This document shows positions 7,731-16,552 of a stretch of 37,446 nucleotides of DNA, one piece after another. The DNA lies in the IMG/VR virus record IMGVR_UViG_3300029822_001161, positions 1 to 37,446 of that record; one strand, written 5' to 3'. The position numbers were made by a program, and so were the translations under genes. Numbering within the stretch: the first letter of the stretch is position 1; every line of letters begins with the position of its first letter. The notes below the pieces were generated by a model. It ran no database searches. It was not told the origin of the DNA and saw nothing but the letters and a program-made list of their open reading frames with translations. The DNA is from a virus. Lineage: Duplodnaviria > Caudoviricetes.

Positions 7731-8839
7731 TCGTTCATAAGCGGGTGATAGTTCCTGAATTTTGGTCTGATACTGATCTGATAGACGCCCTACCGTTACC
7801 TGGCAGGATGTTCTATTTGGGGATGATTCAGGCGGCAGAGGATTCCGGCTGCGTAGAGCATAATCCGATGGGGTTCAAGATTCATCTTTTCCCGGCAGAT
7901 AATGACATTGCCGTGGCGGACATATCAGGATATATCGAGGCGCTGATAAACCTGGGCAAGATTATTCCCTACGAGGTAAGCGGCAAGAAGTTTTTCTTCC
8001 TGAAGAACTTCTTCAAGCATCAGCGGCTTCGAAGCCCGTCTGCACCTAAGGACGCCTTGCTGCCGCCGTGGATCAGATGGATTCCTCCTGCACCGAGTGA
8101 ACCGGGTAAGCGTCCTGGTCCAGGACGGTATGAGCTTATTGTCATCGACGAATACAAGGAGTTTCTGCTGCATTTGGAACCGTATATACAGCTTACGGAT
8201 ACCGAAGGAAAACCGTATGCCAACCGTACGGTTACCGTACGAATATCGAACGGTGATGATACTGATACCGTAGGGTTACCGTACGAGAACCAAATAGAAA
8301 GAGAAGTAGAAGGGGAAGAAGAAAGGGAAGGGGAAGCAGGAACGGAATCTCTTGAACCGGAAGTTCTTCCCAGCAAGCCGCCCAAGAAGGCCAGGCTAAC
8401 GCCTGTCCCGTCTTCCCCACAAGCAGAGCTGTTCGAATACTTTGTCGTTGGATGGCAGAGGCGTTACGAGACCGAGGACAGGCCTCCGGGAGGGGGGCAG
8501 GATTTCGTGCACCTGGCCAGACTGGTCAAGAACTACGGGATGGAGAAGTGCAAGGCATTGGTGGATGCCTACCTGGCCATCGATGACGATAAATTTTACG
8601 AAGGTCATGCACTGAACAAGCTTTATTCATCGGCAACGGTAACGAAGCTACTGGCGATTGTAAACGGGGGTGGGCAGAATGGAACGAATAAGCGGGGATC
8701 TGGAGCAGTTAAAAGCGGACTTGGCAGCTCGGGCAAGTATTCACCGCCGGCATCACGGGACGCTTTCGGGTTTACTGGAGAAGTTAAAAATTGGGGACGC
8801 TCAGATCCAGTGCCGGCAGTGCCTGAAAGCGGCACGTAG
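7727..8839 (+). CDS. Phage replication initiator
   Basis: N-terminal PEFWSD...AEDSG...NFFKHQ pattern typical of phage replication proteins; internal iteron array; followed by a loader ATPase. Confidence 0.85.
   Translation: MIVHKRVIVPEFWSDTDLIDALPLPGRMFYLGMIQAAEDSGCVEHNPMGFKIHLFPADNDIAVADISGYIEALINLGKIIPYEVSGKKFFFLKNFFKHQRLRSPSAPKDALLPPWIRWIPPAPSEPGKRPGPGRYELIVIDEYKEFLLHLEPYIQLTDTEGKPYANRTVTVRISNGDDTDTVGLPYENQIEREVEGEEEREGEAGTESLEPEVLPSKPPKKARLTPVPSSPQAELFEYFVVGWQRRYETEDRPPGGGQDFVHLARLVKNYGMEKCKALVDAYLAIDDDKFYEGHALNKLYSSATVTKLLAIVNGGGQNGTNKRGSGAVKSGLGSSGKYSPPASRDAFGFTGEVKNWGRSDPVPAVPESGT
8179..8345. repeat. Putative replication origin: about ten 11-bp iterons plus a purine-rich tract
   Basis: Units at 8179, 8190, 8201, 8212, 8223, 8234, 8245, 8256, 8267 and 8278, consensus ACCGTACGGWT; A/G-rich tract about 8292-8345. 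Confidence 0.8.
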
Positions 8840-9512
8840 AGGAGCTGCCCTTACGGATCCGGAGATACTTCTGACGCTGGATGAGGAGCCTGGCCACGTC
8901 TTTCGGTACCCTTGTCACTTCAGCGACAGCCGAGAGTGCCCGTATAACCTGCATATGCTGACACGCAGTCTGTTGGCATCCGGCATACGGAAGCGATATC
9001 ACCAGGTGGATCCTTCAAGGCTCCAGCTTAAAGAGACGATCGACGCCTATCTGGATGATCTGGATGCAAACCTCGAGAGGGGCAGCGGCCTGGTGATAGT
9101 TGGCCCTCCTGGCGTCGGCAAGACCTTCACGCTCAGTTATCTTTACCAGCGGCTCTGGTGGGGGCATAGGCAGCGGCTGCGGACCAAGTATGTTTTTTCG
9201 CCGACGCTCTTCCGGAAGATCCATGACAAGGACGATATCAGCGAATACGAAAAAGCGGATATGCTGCTGCTGGACGACTTCGGACGGGAATACCGGGCAG
9301 ACTGGCTTTTCAGCCGGTTCGAGGAGCTGGTAGAGGCCAAGTATGCCAACATGCAGCCCATGATCATAACCGCCAATCTGACAGTAGAGCAGATGGAGGA
9401 CAATACCATCGGCCGGATCATAGATCGCTGGAGAGAGGGCGGACGTCTGCTGCAGATCTCCGGTGAGAGCATGAGGAGGAGCTTGCAGGAGCACGGGCGA
9501 GGCTACGTATAG
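8679..9512 (+). CDS. DnaC/IstB-like AAA+ helicase loader
   Basis: Walker A GPPGVGKT, Walker B LLLDD, IITANL, GESMRR. Confidence 0.9.
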   Translation: MERISGDLEQLKADLAARASIHRRHHGTLSGLLEKLKIGDAQIQCRQCLKAARRGAALTDPEILLTLDEEPGHVFRYPCHFSDSRECPYNLHMLTRSLLASGIRKRYHQVDPSRLQLKETIDAYLDDLDANLERGSGLVIVGPPGVGKTFTLSYLYQRLWWGHRQRLRTKYVFSPTLFRKIHDKDDISEYEKADMLLLDDFGREYRADWLFSRFEELVEAKYANMQPMIITANLTVEQMEDNTIGRIIDRWREGGRLLQISGESMRRSLQEHGRGYV

Positions 9513-9733
9513 ACGGTATTGAGAGTTTCGATTGCCGTGACCTCGTTGAGCATGTCGTAAAGCATCCGGTGACAACTGGCAAAGATCAGTTGCGCTGGTC
9601 TGCGGTAAAAGATATCTTTGCTCATGGCTCTGGCGTGTCTTCTAAAATCTGCCAGGGCTTAGGATATAACCCGGACGATATATTGCCCGGTCACGACAAG
9701 TGCGAATTTTGCCCTTTGATAGAGGAGTAAAGT

Positions 9734-9940
9734 ATGGATAACTGGCATTGGGCAGTAACCGGCTTATCGATCGCAGGAGTTGTTTTAAATATCTACCAGA
9801 AGAGGATCTGCTTTGTTATCTGGCTGGTAACAAATGCTATATGGTGCATCATTGATTTCGGCCGTGGGCTCTATGCTCAGGCTGTTTTGTTTGCAGTATA
9901 TCTGCTCTTGGCTATATGGGGATTATTGCGTTGGAGGTAG
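9734..9940 (+). CDS. Short PnuC-like three-TM membrane protein
   Basis: 68 aa, three hydrophobic helices, W..TN..W and terminal WGLLRW; GAGGAG SD. Confidence 0.65.
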   Translation: MDNWHWAVTGLSIAGVVLNIYQKRICFVIWLVTNAIWCIIDFGRGLYAQAVLFAVYLLLAIWGLLRWR

Positions 9941-9944
9941 GTTT

Positions 9945-10193
9945 GTGAGGAAGGCATGCGACAACTGTTCCGGATGTGGTGGGTATGATAGGGCTCGATG
10001 TAAGGGCACTGCTATATGTCCCATCCCGTTAAAGGGAGACGATAAGCAGCCTACCGGGAAAGAGTGGGAAGAGTATTTGGATAATCAACGGGCAATAGCA
10101 ACTGATATCTCAAGACTGCGACGGTTACAGCGTCGGAGAGAAGAATTCTTTGAAGCTGCCAGGCGAATGCTTGACAAGCCTAAGGGTAAGTGA
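9945..10193 (+). CDS. Hypothetical Cys-rich protein at the late-regulator position
   Basis: GGAGGT SD then GTG 9945; CDNCSGC...C...C. Confidence 0.6.
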   Translation: MRKACDNCSGCGGYDRARCKGTAICPIPLKGDDKQPTGKEWEEYLDNQRAIATDISRLRRLQRRREEFFEAARRMLDKPKGK

Positions 10194-10231
10194 TATTTTG
10201 AAAACAAGTTAATACTTGACAAGCGTAAAAT
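10171..10231 (+). promoter_or_regulatory. Putative late promoter region
   Basis: TTGACA (10171), 17 bp, TG-extended TATTTT (10194); CTTGACAAGC duplicated at 10170 and 10215; TAAAAT at 10226. Confidence 0.55.
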
Positions 10232-10251
10232 TAAAACAAGAAGTGTCTGAA

Positions 10252-10284
10252 GCCGTCCGGGGAAACCTCGGGCGGTTTTGTTTT
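10252..10284 (+). terminator. Intrinsic terminator ahead of the late operon
   Basis: GCCGTCCGGGG-AAA-CCTCGGGCGGT followed by TTTGTTTT. Confidence 0.65.
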
Positions 10285-10294
10285 GGTTGGATGA

Positions 10295-10573
10295 ATGATA
10301 CCTAAACCTAAAACATATCGCAGTAGAAAGAACATAGAGGCTGCTCGGCGTAACTACTGTGAACACTGCCAGAGGGTGAATACGACGTTTCATGTCCATC
10401 ATATCCGTAGCCGAGGAGCTCGTGGGAGTGATGTAGAGGATAATCTCATAAACTTATGTTTTGAATGCCATGCAAAGGTGCATAACGGCCAGATTGGTAG
10501 GCTTGTTTTGGAGATGATCGTATGTCAAAGACAGCAACAATTTGTATTGAGCGCAAGCGACTCTCTGAGTTAG
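10295..10573 (+). CDS. HNH endonuclease
   Basis: CEHC...HHIRSRG...NLINLCFECHAKVH. Confidence 0.9.
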   Translation: MIPKPKTYRSRKNIEAARRNYCEHCQRVNTTFHVHHIRSRGARGSDVEDNLINLCFECHAKVHNGQIGRLVLEMIVCQRQQQFVLSASDSLS

Positions 10574-11853
10574 AAGCGCACCCACGGAACCCTCGTCGGC
10601 ATCCGGATCCGGGAACATCGGAGTGGCAATCCCTGGCATTATCGCTCGAGCATGACTACTTTGACCCTATCGTCTGGAACCGCCGGAACGGCTTACTGGT
10701 ATCTGGTCACTTACGGGTAAAGGTGTTGTTGGATCTAGGATATGAGGAAGCAGACGTTTCTGTGGTGGATTACGATGAGGAGACCCACCTGGCACGGCTG
10801 CTGGCCGCTAACAAGCTGCAGGGGCAGGATGATCGCGGTAGCTTGATTGACGTTCTGGAGGAGCTTCAGTCCGGTGGGCTGGACCTTGGCATTGCCGGAT
10901 ATACCGAAGGTGAGATCGAGGAGCTTCTGGGCATGCGGAATGAGCCGGAGGTCCAGGAGGATGGCTTTGATGCCGATGCGGAGGTTGCCGCCATCGAGGA
11001 GCCAGTAACGAAGCCTGGTGATCTATATATCCTGGGCAAGCATCTGTTGCTTTGTGGAGATGCTACAGATCCGGAGGATTACGCCAGGTTGATGCAGGGG
11101 CAACTGGCCAGGCTGATCTTCACCGATCCACCGTATAACGTGAACTACCGTAGTCCGGCCGGTCTGGATTACGATTCCGAGAAATACGGCGGCACAGGCG
11201 GCCAGATATTCAACGACAATCTATCTGACGATGACTGCCTGCAGTTCTATAGCCGGGTGCTATGGAATATGTATGAGCACAGCACGGACGATGTAACTAT
11301 CTACTGGTGGTTTGCCAACAAGAATAACAGTTTAAACCGGCAGGCGTGGGAGAATAGCCGCTGGTATATGAGTCAGATTATCATCTGGCTGAAGGAGAAT
11401 ATGATCTTCAGCCGTGGTCAGGATTACCATCGCATGTATGAGCCATGCATGGTCGGCTGGAAAGATGGACATAAGCACTACCGTTCATCGACGATACGCA
11501 ATCTGAAGGACGTCTTCAACCTGGATTATCCCTCGTTTGTGGAGCAGTTCGAAGAGCTGTTCGACGTCTGGTATCAGCATCGAGATAACACCGCGCAGTA
11601 TATTCATCCGACGCAGAAACCGGTCCGCCTGGCGGAACGGGCGCTGCGCAAGAATTCCGAGAAGGGCGACATCGTCCTGGATGCCTTTGGCGGATCCGGC
11701 AGCACACTCATGGCCTGTGAGCAGATGGGAAGATCCTGCTATACGATAGAGCTTGATCCAAAGTATTGCGATGCCATAGTAAAACGTTGGGAGCAGTTTA
11801 CAGGGAAGAAAGCAGTGATTGAGAGTGACGTCCCTTGCGGACCTGCTTCGTAA
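10522..11853 (+). CDS. ParB-N domain fused to N4/N6 DNA methyltransferase (beta class)
   Basis: HPRNPR...PIVWN...VSGHLR; DPPY, HPTQKP and DAFGGSGST. Confidence 0.92.
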   Translation: MSKTATICIERKRLSELEAHPRNPRRHPDPGTSEWQSLALSLEHDYFDPIVWNRRNGLLVSGHLRVKVLLDLGYEEADVSVVDYDEETHLARLLAANKLQGQDDRGSLIDVLEELQSGGLDLGIAGYTEGEIEELLGMRNEPEVQEDGFDADAEVAAIEEPVTKPGDLYILGKHLLLCGDATDPEDYARLMQGQLARLIFTDPPYNVNYRSPAGLDYDSEKYGGTGGQIFNDNLSDDDCLQFYSRVLWNMYEHSTDDVTIYWWFANKNNSLNRQAWENSRWYMSQIIIWLKENMIFSRGQDYHRMYEPCMVGWKDGHKHYRSSTIRNLKDVFNLDYPSFVEQFEELFDVWYQHRDNTAQYIHPTQKPVRLAERALRKNSEKGDIVLDAFGGSGSTLMACEQMGRSCYTIELDPKYCDAIVKRWEQFTGKKAVIESDVPCGPAS

Positions 11854-12148
11854 TGAGATAGGCAAGGCCAGCCCCAAGGACCGGGAAGGACGCACCTGGG
11901 GCGAACTTGTAGTTCAAGCGACTATCCTGCTGGCAATGAAAGGCAATGCGACGGCTCTTAAAATACTATGGCACTATCTCTCCGATATAAACCCAGGAGA
12001 GAACGATGAGGACGGGGAAGACCTGTCCTCTTTTACTAACGATGAATTGCTGTCCATGCGGGAGATGTTGGATGTGGTAGATGGCGGACCTGAAGGAACA
12101 ACTGGATCGGGAGATACAGAAGCGGGGGCTGAAACGGCCAGGGAGTGA
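11819..12148 (+). CDS. Hypothetical protein resembling a small-terminase C-terminal region
   Basis: LLAMKGNATALKIL and DLSSFTNDELL patterns; start uncertain. Confidence 0.5.
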   Translation: MRVTSLADLLRNEIGKASPKDREGRTWGELVVQATILLAMKGNATALKILWHYLSDINPGENDEDGEDLSSFTNDELLSMREMLDVVDGGPEGTTGSGDTEAGAETARE

Positions 12149-12911
12149 GGCAGAGGCCGCGGGTCCTTCCGGGGCAAGCCGGCGGGCGGGTGCGGCGAGG
12201 CGCAAAATCTCTGCAGGCGTGGAAAGTTTTTCTGGTTCGCAGTTCGCACCTGGAGAAAAAAGCGGCCTGCCGGAAATCTCCGAAACGCCTGAATTGATCA
12301 GCCGTCGCGAGTTTGCCAAGCGTATGGATATCAGTGAAACTGCGGTTCGCAGGGCGATCGATTCTGGACGCATCGGTGTGACGCAGAATAAGGTGCGTTG
12401 GCCGGAGGCCCGGGACGCTTTTTTAATGACCAGGACGGCCCATAATAACAACCGCCTGGGCGAGTTGCCGGGGGAACGGCCTGAGGATCTGACTGACGAG
12501 GAAACGGCCCTGCGGCTGAAGCAGATGTTAGCCGGCAAGGACAACATCTGCGCCGAGTTTACCGAAGCGGATATGGCGTTGCCCTGGCCGATGCTCTTTT
12601 CCAAGTATCAGGCGCTGGAGAAGAAGGAGAAGGCCAAGCTGGCGGAACTGGAACGGCTGGAGCGTGAAGGGGAGCTGCACCACCGGGAGGATATCATCCG
12701 GGCCTTGGGGGATATGCAGATCGCTTTCCGTAACCGCATTCTGGCGGTGGGAACCAAGCTGGCGAAACGCCTGGCTGATATGACCGGCTACGATAAGCCG
12801 GGGGATATCCTGAAGATGATCGAGGGGGAGACGACGGCGGCCCTGGCGGAGATGGCCAAGTATGATGGAGCGAAAATCAAATCTGCCCGCAGACAGCGGA
12901 TCGGTAAATAA
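12081..12911 (+). CDS. Terminase small subunit (Nu1-like)
   Basis: HTH ISRREFAKRMDISETAVRRAIDSGRI; AKLAELERLEREGEL coiled coil; precedes TerL; true start may lie downstream of cos. Confidence 0.8.
   Translation: MADLKEQLDREIQKRGLKRPGSEAEAAGPSGASRRAGAARRKISAGVESFSGSQFAPGEKSGLPEISETPELISRREFAKRMDISETAVRRAIDSGRIGVTQNKVRWPEARDAFLMTRTAHNNNRLGELPGERPEDLTDEETALRLKQMLAGKDNICAEFTEADMALPWPMLFSKYQALEKKEKAKLAELERLEREGELHHREDIIRALGDMQIAFRNRILAVGTKLAKRLADMTGYDKPGDILKMIEGETTAALAEMAKYDGAKIKSARRQRIGK
12161..12250 (+). other. Lambda-like cos site
   Basis: cosQ-like GGGTCCT (12161-12167); GTGCGGCGAGGC (12190-12201) compared with lambda GGGCGGCGACCT; GTTCGCA repeats downstream. Confidence 0.65.
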
Positions 12912-14739
12912 GGGGCCTGCCCCGGAGAATACACGGGAGCTGGTCCATACTCTGGCAGCCATGGTGGCGCCGCCGCCGATGCTGACGGTATCGGAATGGG
13001 CGGACCGCTACAGGATCCTGCCGGATACGTCCGTCGAGCCCGGGCCGTGGAGTACGGACAGGACGCCATACCTTCGGGAGCCGATGGATGCTTATACGGA
13101 CCCGCTGGTGCGGAAGATTGTCCTGATGTTCTCAGCCCAGGTGGGCAAGACGGAGATGATCTTGAACATCATCGGCTATGTGGTCCATAACGACCCTTCG
13201 ACGATTATCGTGCTGGAGCCGACGGATCAGCTTGCCAGGGACTATAGCAAGGAACGTTTGGATCCCATGCTGCGGGATGTGCCGGTGCTGGCGGAGATCA
13301 TGCCGCCGGCAAAGGCCAAGGATAGCGAGAATACAATCCTCCGGAAATACTTCCCCGGAGGATTTGTCGTTATGGTGGGGGCAAATTCTCCTGTAGGTCT
13401 GGCGGCGAGGCCGGCCAGGGCACTGCTGGCCGATGAGATAGACAGATACCCGGAGACGGCCGGCAAGGAAGGATCTCCGCTGGGACTGGCGGAGAAGCGC
13501 CAGAGCAACTTCTGGAACAGAAAAACGGTGCTGACCTCAACGCCTACGGACGATACCAGCACTGTGGCGGCAGAGTATGAGCGCTCGTCGAAGGAACGCT
13601 GGATGGTGCCCTGCCCGTCATGCGGTGAGCTGAACACTTACGAGTGGGGCCGGCTGGATTTTGAGACGGTGTCAATGGCCTGCGAGGCCTGCGGCACGCT
13701 GCACAGTGAACTGGCGTGGAAGGCCAGGGAAGGCCGCTGGGTTGCGGAGGCCGATGTCGCCGATGTAAAAGGCTATCACCTGAACGCTATGGCATCGCCC
13801 TGGATCCCCTGGGAGACGCTCATTAAGGAGTGGAAGGATGCTCAGGGTGATCCTGAGAACCTGAAGGTCTTTATAAACACCCGCCTTGCCGAGGTCTGGA
13901 AAGAGGAAGGCGAGGAGCTGGGCGAGGAGGTCCTGGAGCAGCGGCGCCATTACTACGATGCCGACGTTCCTGCCGATGTCCTGCTGCTGACGGCCGGTGT
14001 TGATGTGCAGGCTGATCGCCTTGAAGTTGAGGTGGTCGGCTGGGGAGAGGGCACACAGAGCTGGGGCATTATGTATGCGGTGCTGCATGGGGATCCTTAC
14101 AGGGCGGCGGTGTGGCGCAGCCTGGATGAGTTCCTGTCCGGCACTTTCAAGCGCGAGGACGGCAGGGTGCTGCCGATCTCCTGCACGGCGGTGGACTCAG
14201 GCTTTGCCACCAGCGAGGTTTACGCTTTTACGCGGCCAAGGACGCCGCGGTATATATTTGCCATCAAGGGCATGGGCGGTCCGGGGCACCCCATAGTGGA
14301 TGCCGCCAGGCGCCAGGGTAAGGCCCGGAACGTTCCTGTCTTCCCGGTGGGGGCTGACCAAGCGAAGGATGCCCTGTTATCCTGCCTGTCGACGGAGCAT
14401 GAAGGGCCGCTTTACTGCCATTGGCCCCGGGATACGGAGATGGCTGACGGCAGGATGCGGGGCTATGGCACGGATTACTTCAAGGGGCTGACCTCCGAGA
14501 AGCGCGTCGAGCGCAAGCGCGGGGGCCAGCTTTATCATGTGTGGCTGAAAAAAACCAGCCATGCCAGGAACGAGGCGCTTGATTGCCGGGTGTATTCGCT
14601 GGCGGCGCTGAAGATACTGGGGCCTGACTGGATGAAGCGGGCGGCGGCCAATACCCGGATGGCGGCCGGGACGAACGGCGGACAGACGCCGGATGCACCG
14701 AAGCGCCGCCGGGTGCTGAGTAAAGGGGTGAAGGTGTGA
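12862..14739 (+). CDS. Terminase large subunit (lambda GpA family)
   Basis: TPYLREPMD, SAQVGKTE, DEIDRYP, STPT, GVDVQ and RNEALDC; start uncertain. Confidence 0.96.
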   Translation: MMERKSNLPADSGSVNKGPAPENTRELVHTLAAMVAPPPMLTVSEWADRYRILPDTSVEPGPWSTDRTPYLREPMDAYTDPLVRKIVLMFSAQVGKTEMILNIIGYVVHNDPSTIIVLEPTDQLARDYSKERLDPMLRDVPVLAEIMPPAKAKDSENTILRKYFPGGFVVMVGANSPVGLAARPARALLADEIDRYPETAGKEGSPLGLAEKRQSNFWNRKTVLTSTPTDDTSTVAAEYERSSKERWMVPCPSCGELNTYEWGRLDFETVSMACEACGTLHSELAWKAREGRWVAEADVADVKGYHLNAMASPWIPWETLIKEWKDAQGDPENLKVFINTRLAEVWKEEGEELGEEVLEQRRHYYDADVPADVLLLTAGVDVQADRLEVEVVGWGEGTQSWGIMYAVLHGDPYRAAVWRSLDEFLSGTFKREDGRVLPISCTAVDSGFATSEVYAFTRPRTPRYIFAIKGMGGPGHPIVDAARRQGKARNVPVFPVGADQAKDALLSCLSTEHEGPLYCHWPRDTEMADGRMRGYGTDYFKGLTSEKRVERKRGGQLYHVWLKKTSHARNEALDCRVYSLAALKILGPDWMKRAAANTRMAAGTNGGQTPDAPKRRRVLSKGVKV

Positions 14740-14978
14740 GCGGAGTTACTCTTGATATAGCACAGAGAAACCTCGATGCCTGGATAGCGGCCAGCGAGGC
14801 AGCGGCCAGCGGCAACAGCTACCGCATCGGCACCAGGCAGCTTACTCGCGAGAACGCTACCGAGATCAGGAATATGATCGCCTATTGGGAGCGTCGCGTG
14901 GAGGAGCTGGCGGCTGCGGCTTCCGGCATCAACAGACGTGGCGCCAGAGTGATGCGCGTCATTCCGAGGGATCTGTAA
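14736..14978 (+). CDS. Head-tail adaptor (gpW-like)
   Basis: Lies between TerL and portal; SYRIGTRQLTR motif. Confidence 0.8.
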   Translation: MSGVTLDIAQRNLDAWIAASEAAASGNSYRIGTRQLTRENATEIRNMIAYWERRVEELAAAASGINRRGARVMRVIPRDL

Positions 14979-16552
14979 TGAATGTGATTGACAGAGCCAT
15001 ATCGGCCATGTCTCCCAAGGCCGGCTTTCGGCGGCTGGTGGACCGCAGGAGGATTCAGATCCTCAACTCCGGCTACTCCGGAGGCGGGGCCAATACCAGC
15101 AAGCAATGGAGCAAGGGGTGGAGGTCCTCCAGCGGCAGCGCCAGGGAAGATATAAGCGATAATCTCTATACCCTGCGCCAGCGGTGTCGCGACCTCTACA
15201 TGAACGCGCCCCTTGGTCGGGCGCCGATCAGCCGCATTATGATCAACGCCATCGGCACCGGTCTGGTGCTGCGGCCAAACCCTGACGCCGATCTGCTGGG
15301 GCTGGACCGCAAGACGGTATCGGACTGGACACGGCGGGTCAACAGGGAATGGGCGCTATGGGCGGGAACGACCAGTTGCGATGCCGCAGGGTTGAATACC
15401 TTTGCCGAGCTGCAGCAGGTGGCGCTGTTGTCCTGGCTGCAAAACGGTGAGGCATTCGCCCTGCTGCCGTATATCGACCGGCCCGGGGAGCTGTATCCCA
15501 TGAAGGTGCGGCTGCTGGAGGCAGACAGGGTATGCGATCCCAATACGGCAGGAGTTCAGAATCTGGCTCTGGGTGGCGCAACTTTCAATGGCCGTATCCT
15601 TGACCGTGGTATCGAGATAGGGGATGACGGGCAGGTGCTGGCCTATCATGTGGCCAGGTGGCACCCGGCCAGCATGGCGCCAATCGGCAAGAGCCGTAAC
15701 GTATGGGCAAGGATTGCTCCTATCGGTGATACCGGCCGGCGCAATATCCTGCACCTGGTGGTGCATGAGCGGGCCGAGCAGTATCACGGCGTGCCCTTCC
15801 TGGCCCCGGTGGTGGAGATGCTAAAGCAGCTGGACCGCTACAACGAGGCGGAGCTGCTGGCCGCGGTAGTCGCCGGCATGTTTACCGTCTTTGTTAAGTC
15901 TACTACTCCGGACAACCCATTGGGCGAGACGGTCCCCATAGAGCACCAGGTAGACGAGGACAACCCCAACACCTATGAGCTGGGCGGCGGGGCGGTTATT
16001 GGCCTTGGAGAGAACGAGGATATAAGCGTCGCCAATCCCGGCAGGCCCAACACGGCCTTTGAGGGCTTCGTGCGGGCGGTGCTGCAGAGCATCGGCGCGG
16101 CCTTGAACATACCCTATGAGGTGATGGTAAACAGCTACAATTCCAGCTATTCCGCCAGCCGGGCGGCCCTGCTGCAGGCGTGGGCTTACTTTCGGATGTG
16201 GCGCCGTTGGACGGCCGATGATTTTGCCAACCCTGTCTACTGCGAGTGGCTGACCGATGCCATACTGATGGGTCGCATCGATGCCCCCGGATACTTTGAC
16301 GATCCTGTTATCCGGGCGGCCTGGCAGAGGGCCGACTGGCATGGGCCGAGCGCCGGCCAGGTGGACCCGGTGAAGGAAGTTACGGCGGCCAAGGTAAGGG
16401 TTGAGGAAGGCTTTTCCACCAGGGAGCGTGAGACGGCCGAGCTTACCGGCATGGACTGGGACAGCAATATGGACAGGCGCTTTGCTGAGGAGCGGCGCAC
16501 GAACGATCTGTCGGCAAGAACGCCGGCTGCGGGAGGTGCAGGTAATGGATGA
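14978..16552 (+). CDS. Portal protein, lambda family
   Basis: LRQRCRDLYMN, SYSASRAALL and VDPVKE; TAATG translational coupling. Confidence 0.95.
   Translation: MNVIDRAISAMSPKAGFRRLVDRRRIQILNSGYSGGGANTSKQWSKGWRSSSGSAREDISDNLYTLRQRCRDLYMNAPLGRAPISRIMINAIGTGLVLRPNPDADLLGLDRKTVSDWTRRVNREWALWAGTTSCDAAGLNTFAELQQVALLSWLQNGEAFALLPYIDRPGELYPMKVRLLEADRVCDPNTAGVQNLALGGATFNGRILDRGIEIGDDGQVLAYHVARWHPASMAPIGKSRNVWARIAPIGDTGRRNILHLVVHERAEQYHGVPFLAPVVEMLKQLDRYNEAELLAAVVAGMFTVFVKSTTPDNPLGETVPIEHQVDEDNPNTYELGGGAVIGLGENEDISVANPGRPNTAFEGFVRAVLQSIGAALNIPYEVMVNSYNSSYSASRAALLQAWAYFRMWRRWTADDFANPVYCEWLTDAILMGRIDAPGYFDDPVIRAAWQRADWHGPSAGQVDPVKEVTAAKVRVEEGFSTRERETAELTGMDWDSNMDRRFAEERRTNDLSARTPAAGGAGNG

Noticed and set aside
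10522-10930. ParABS partition system encoded by the phage
   Set aside because: No ParA is present, and the ParB-like part is only the N-terminal domain fused to a methyltransferase.
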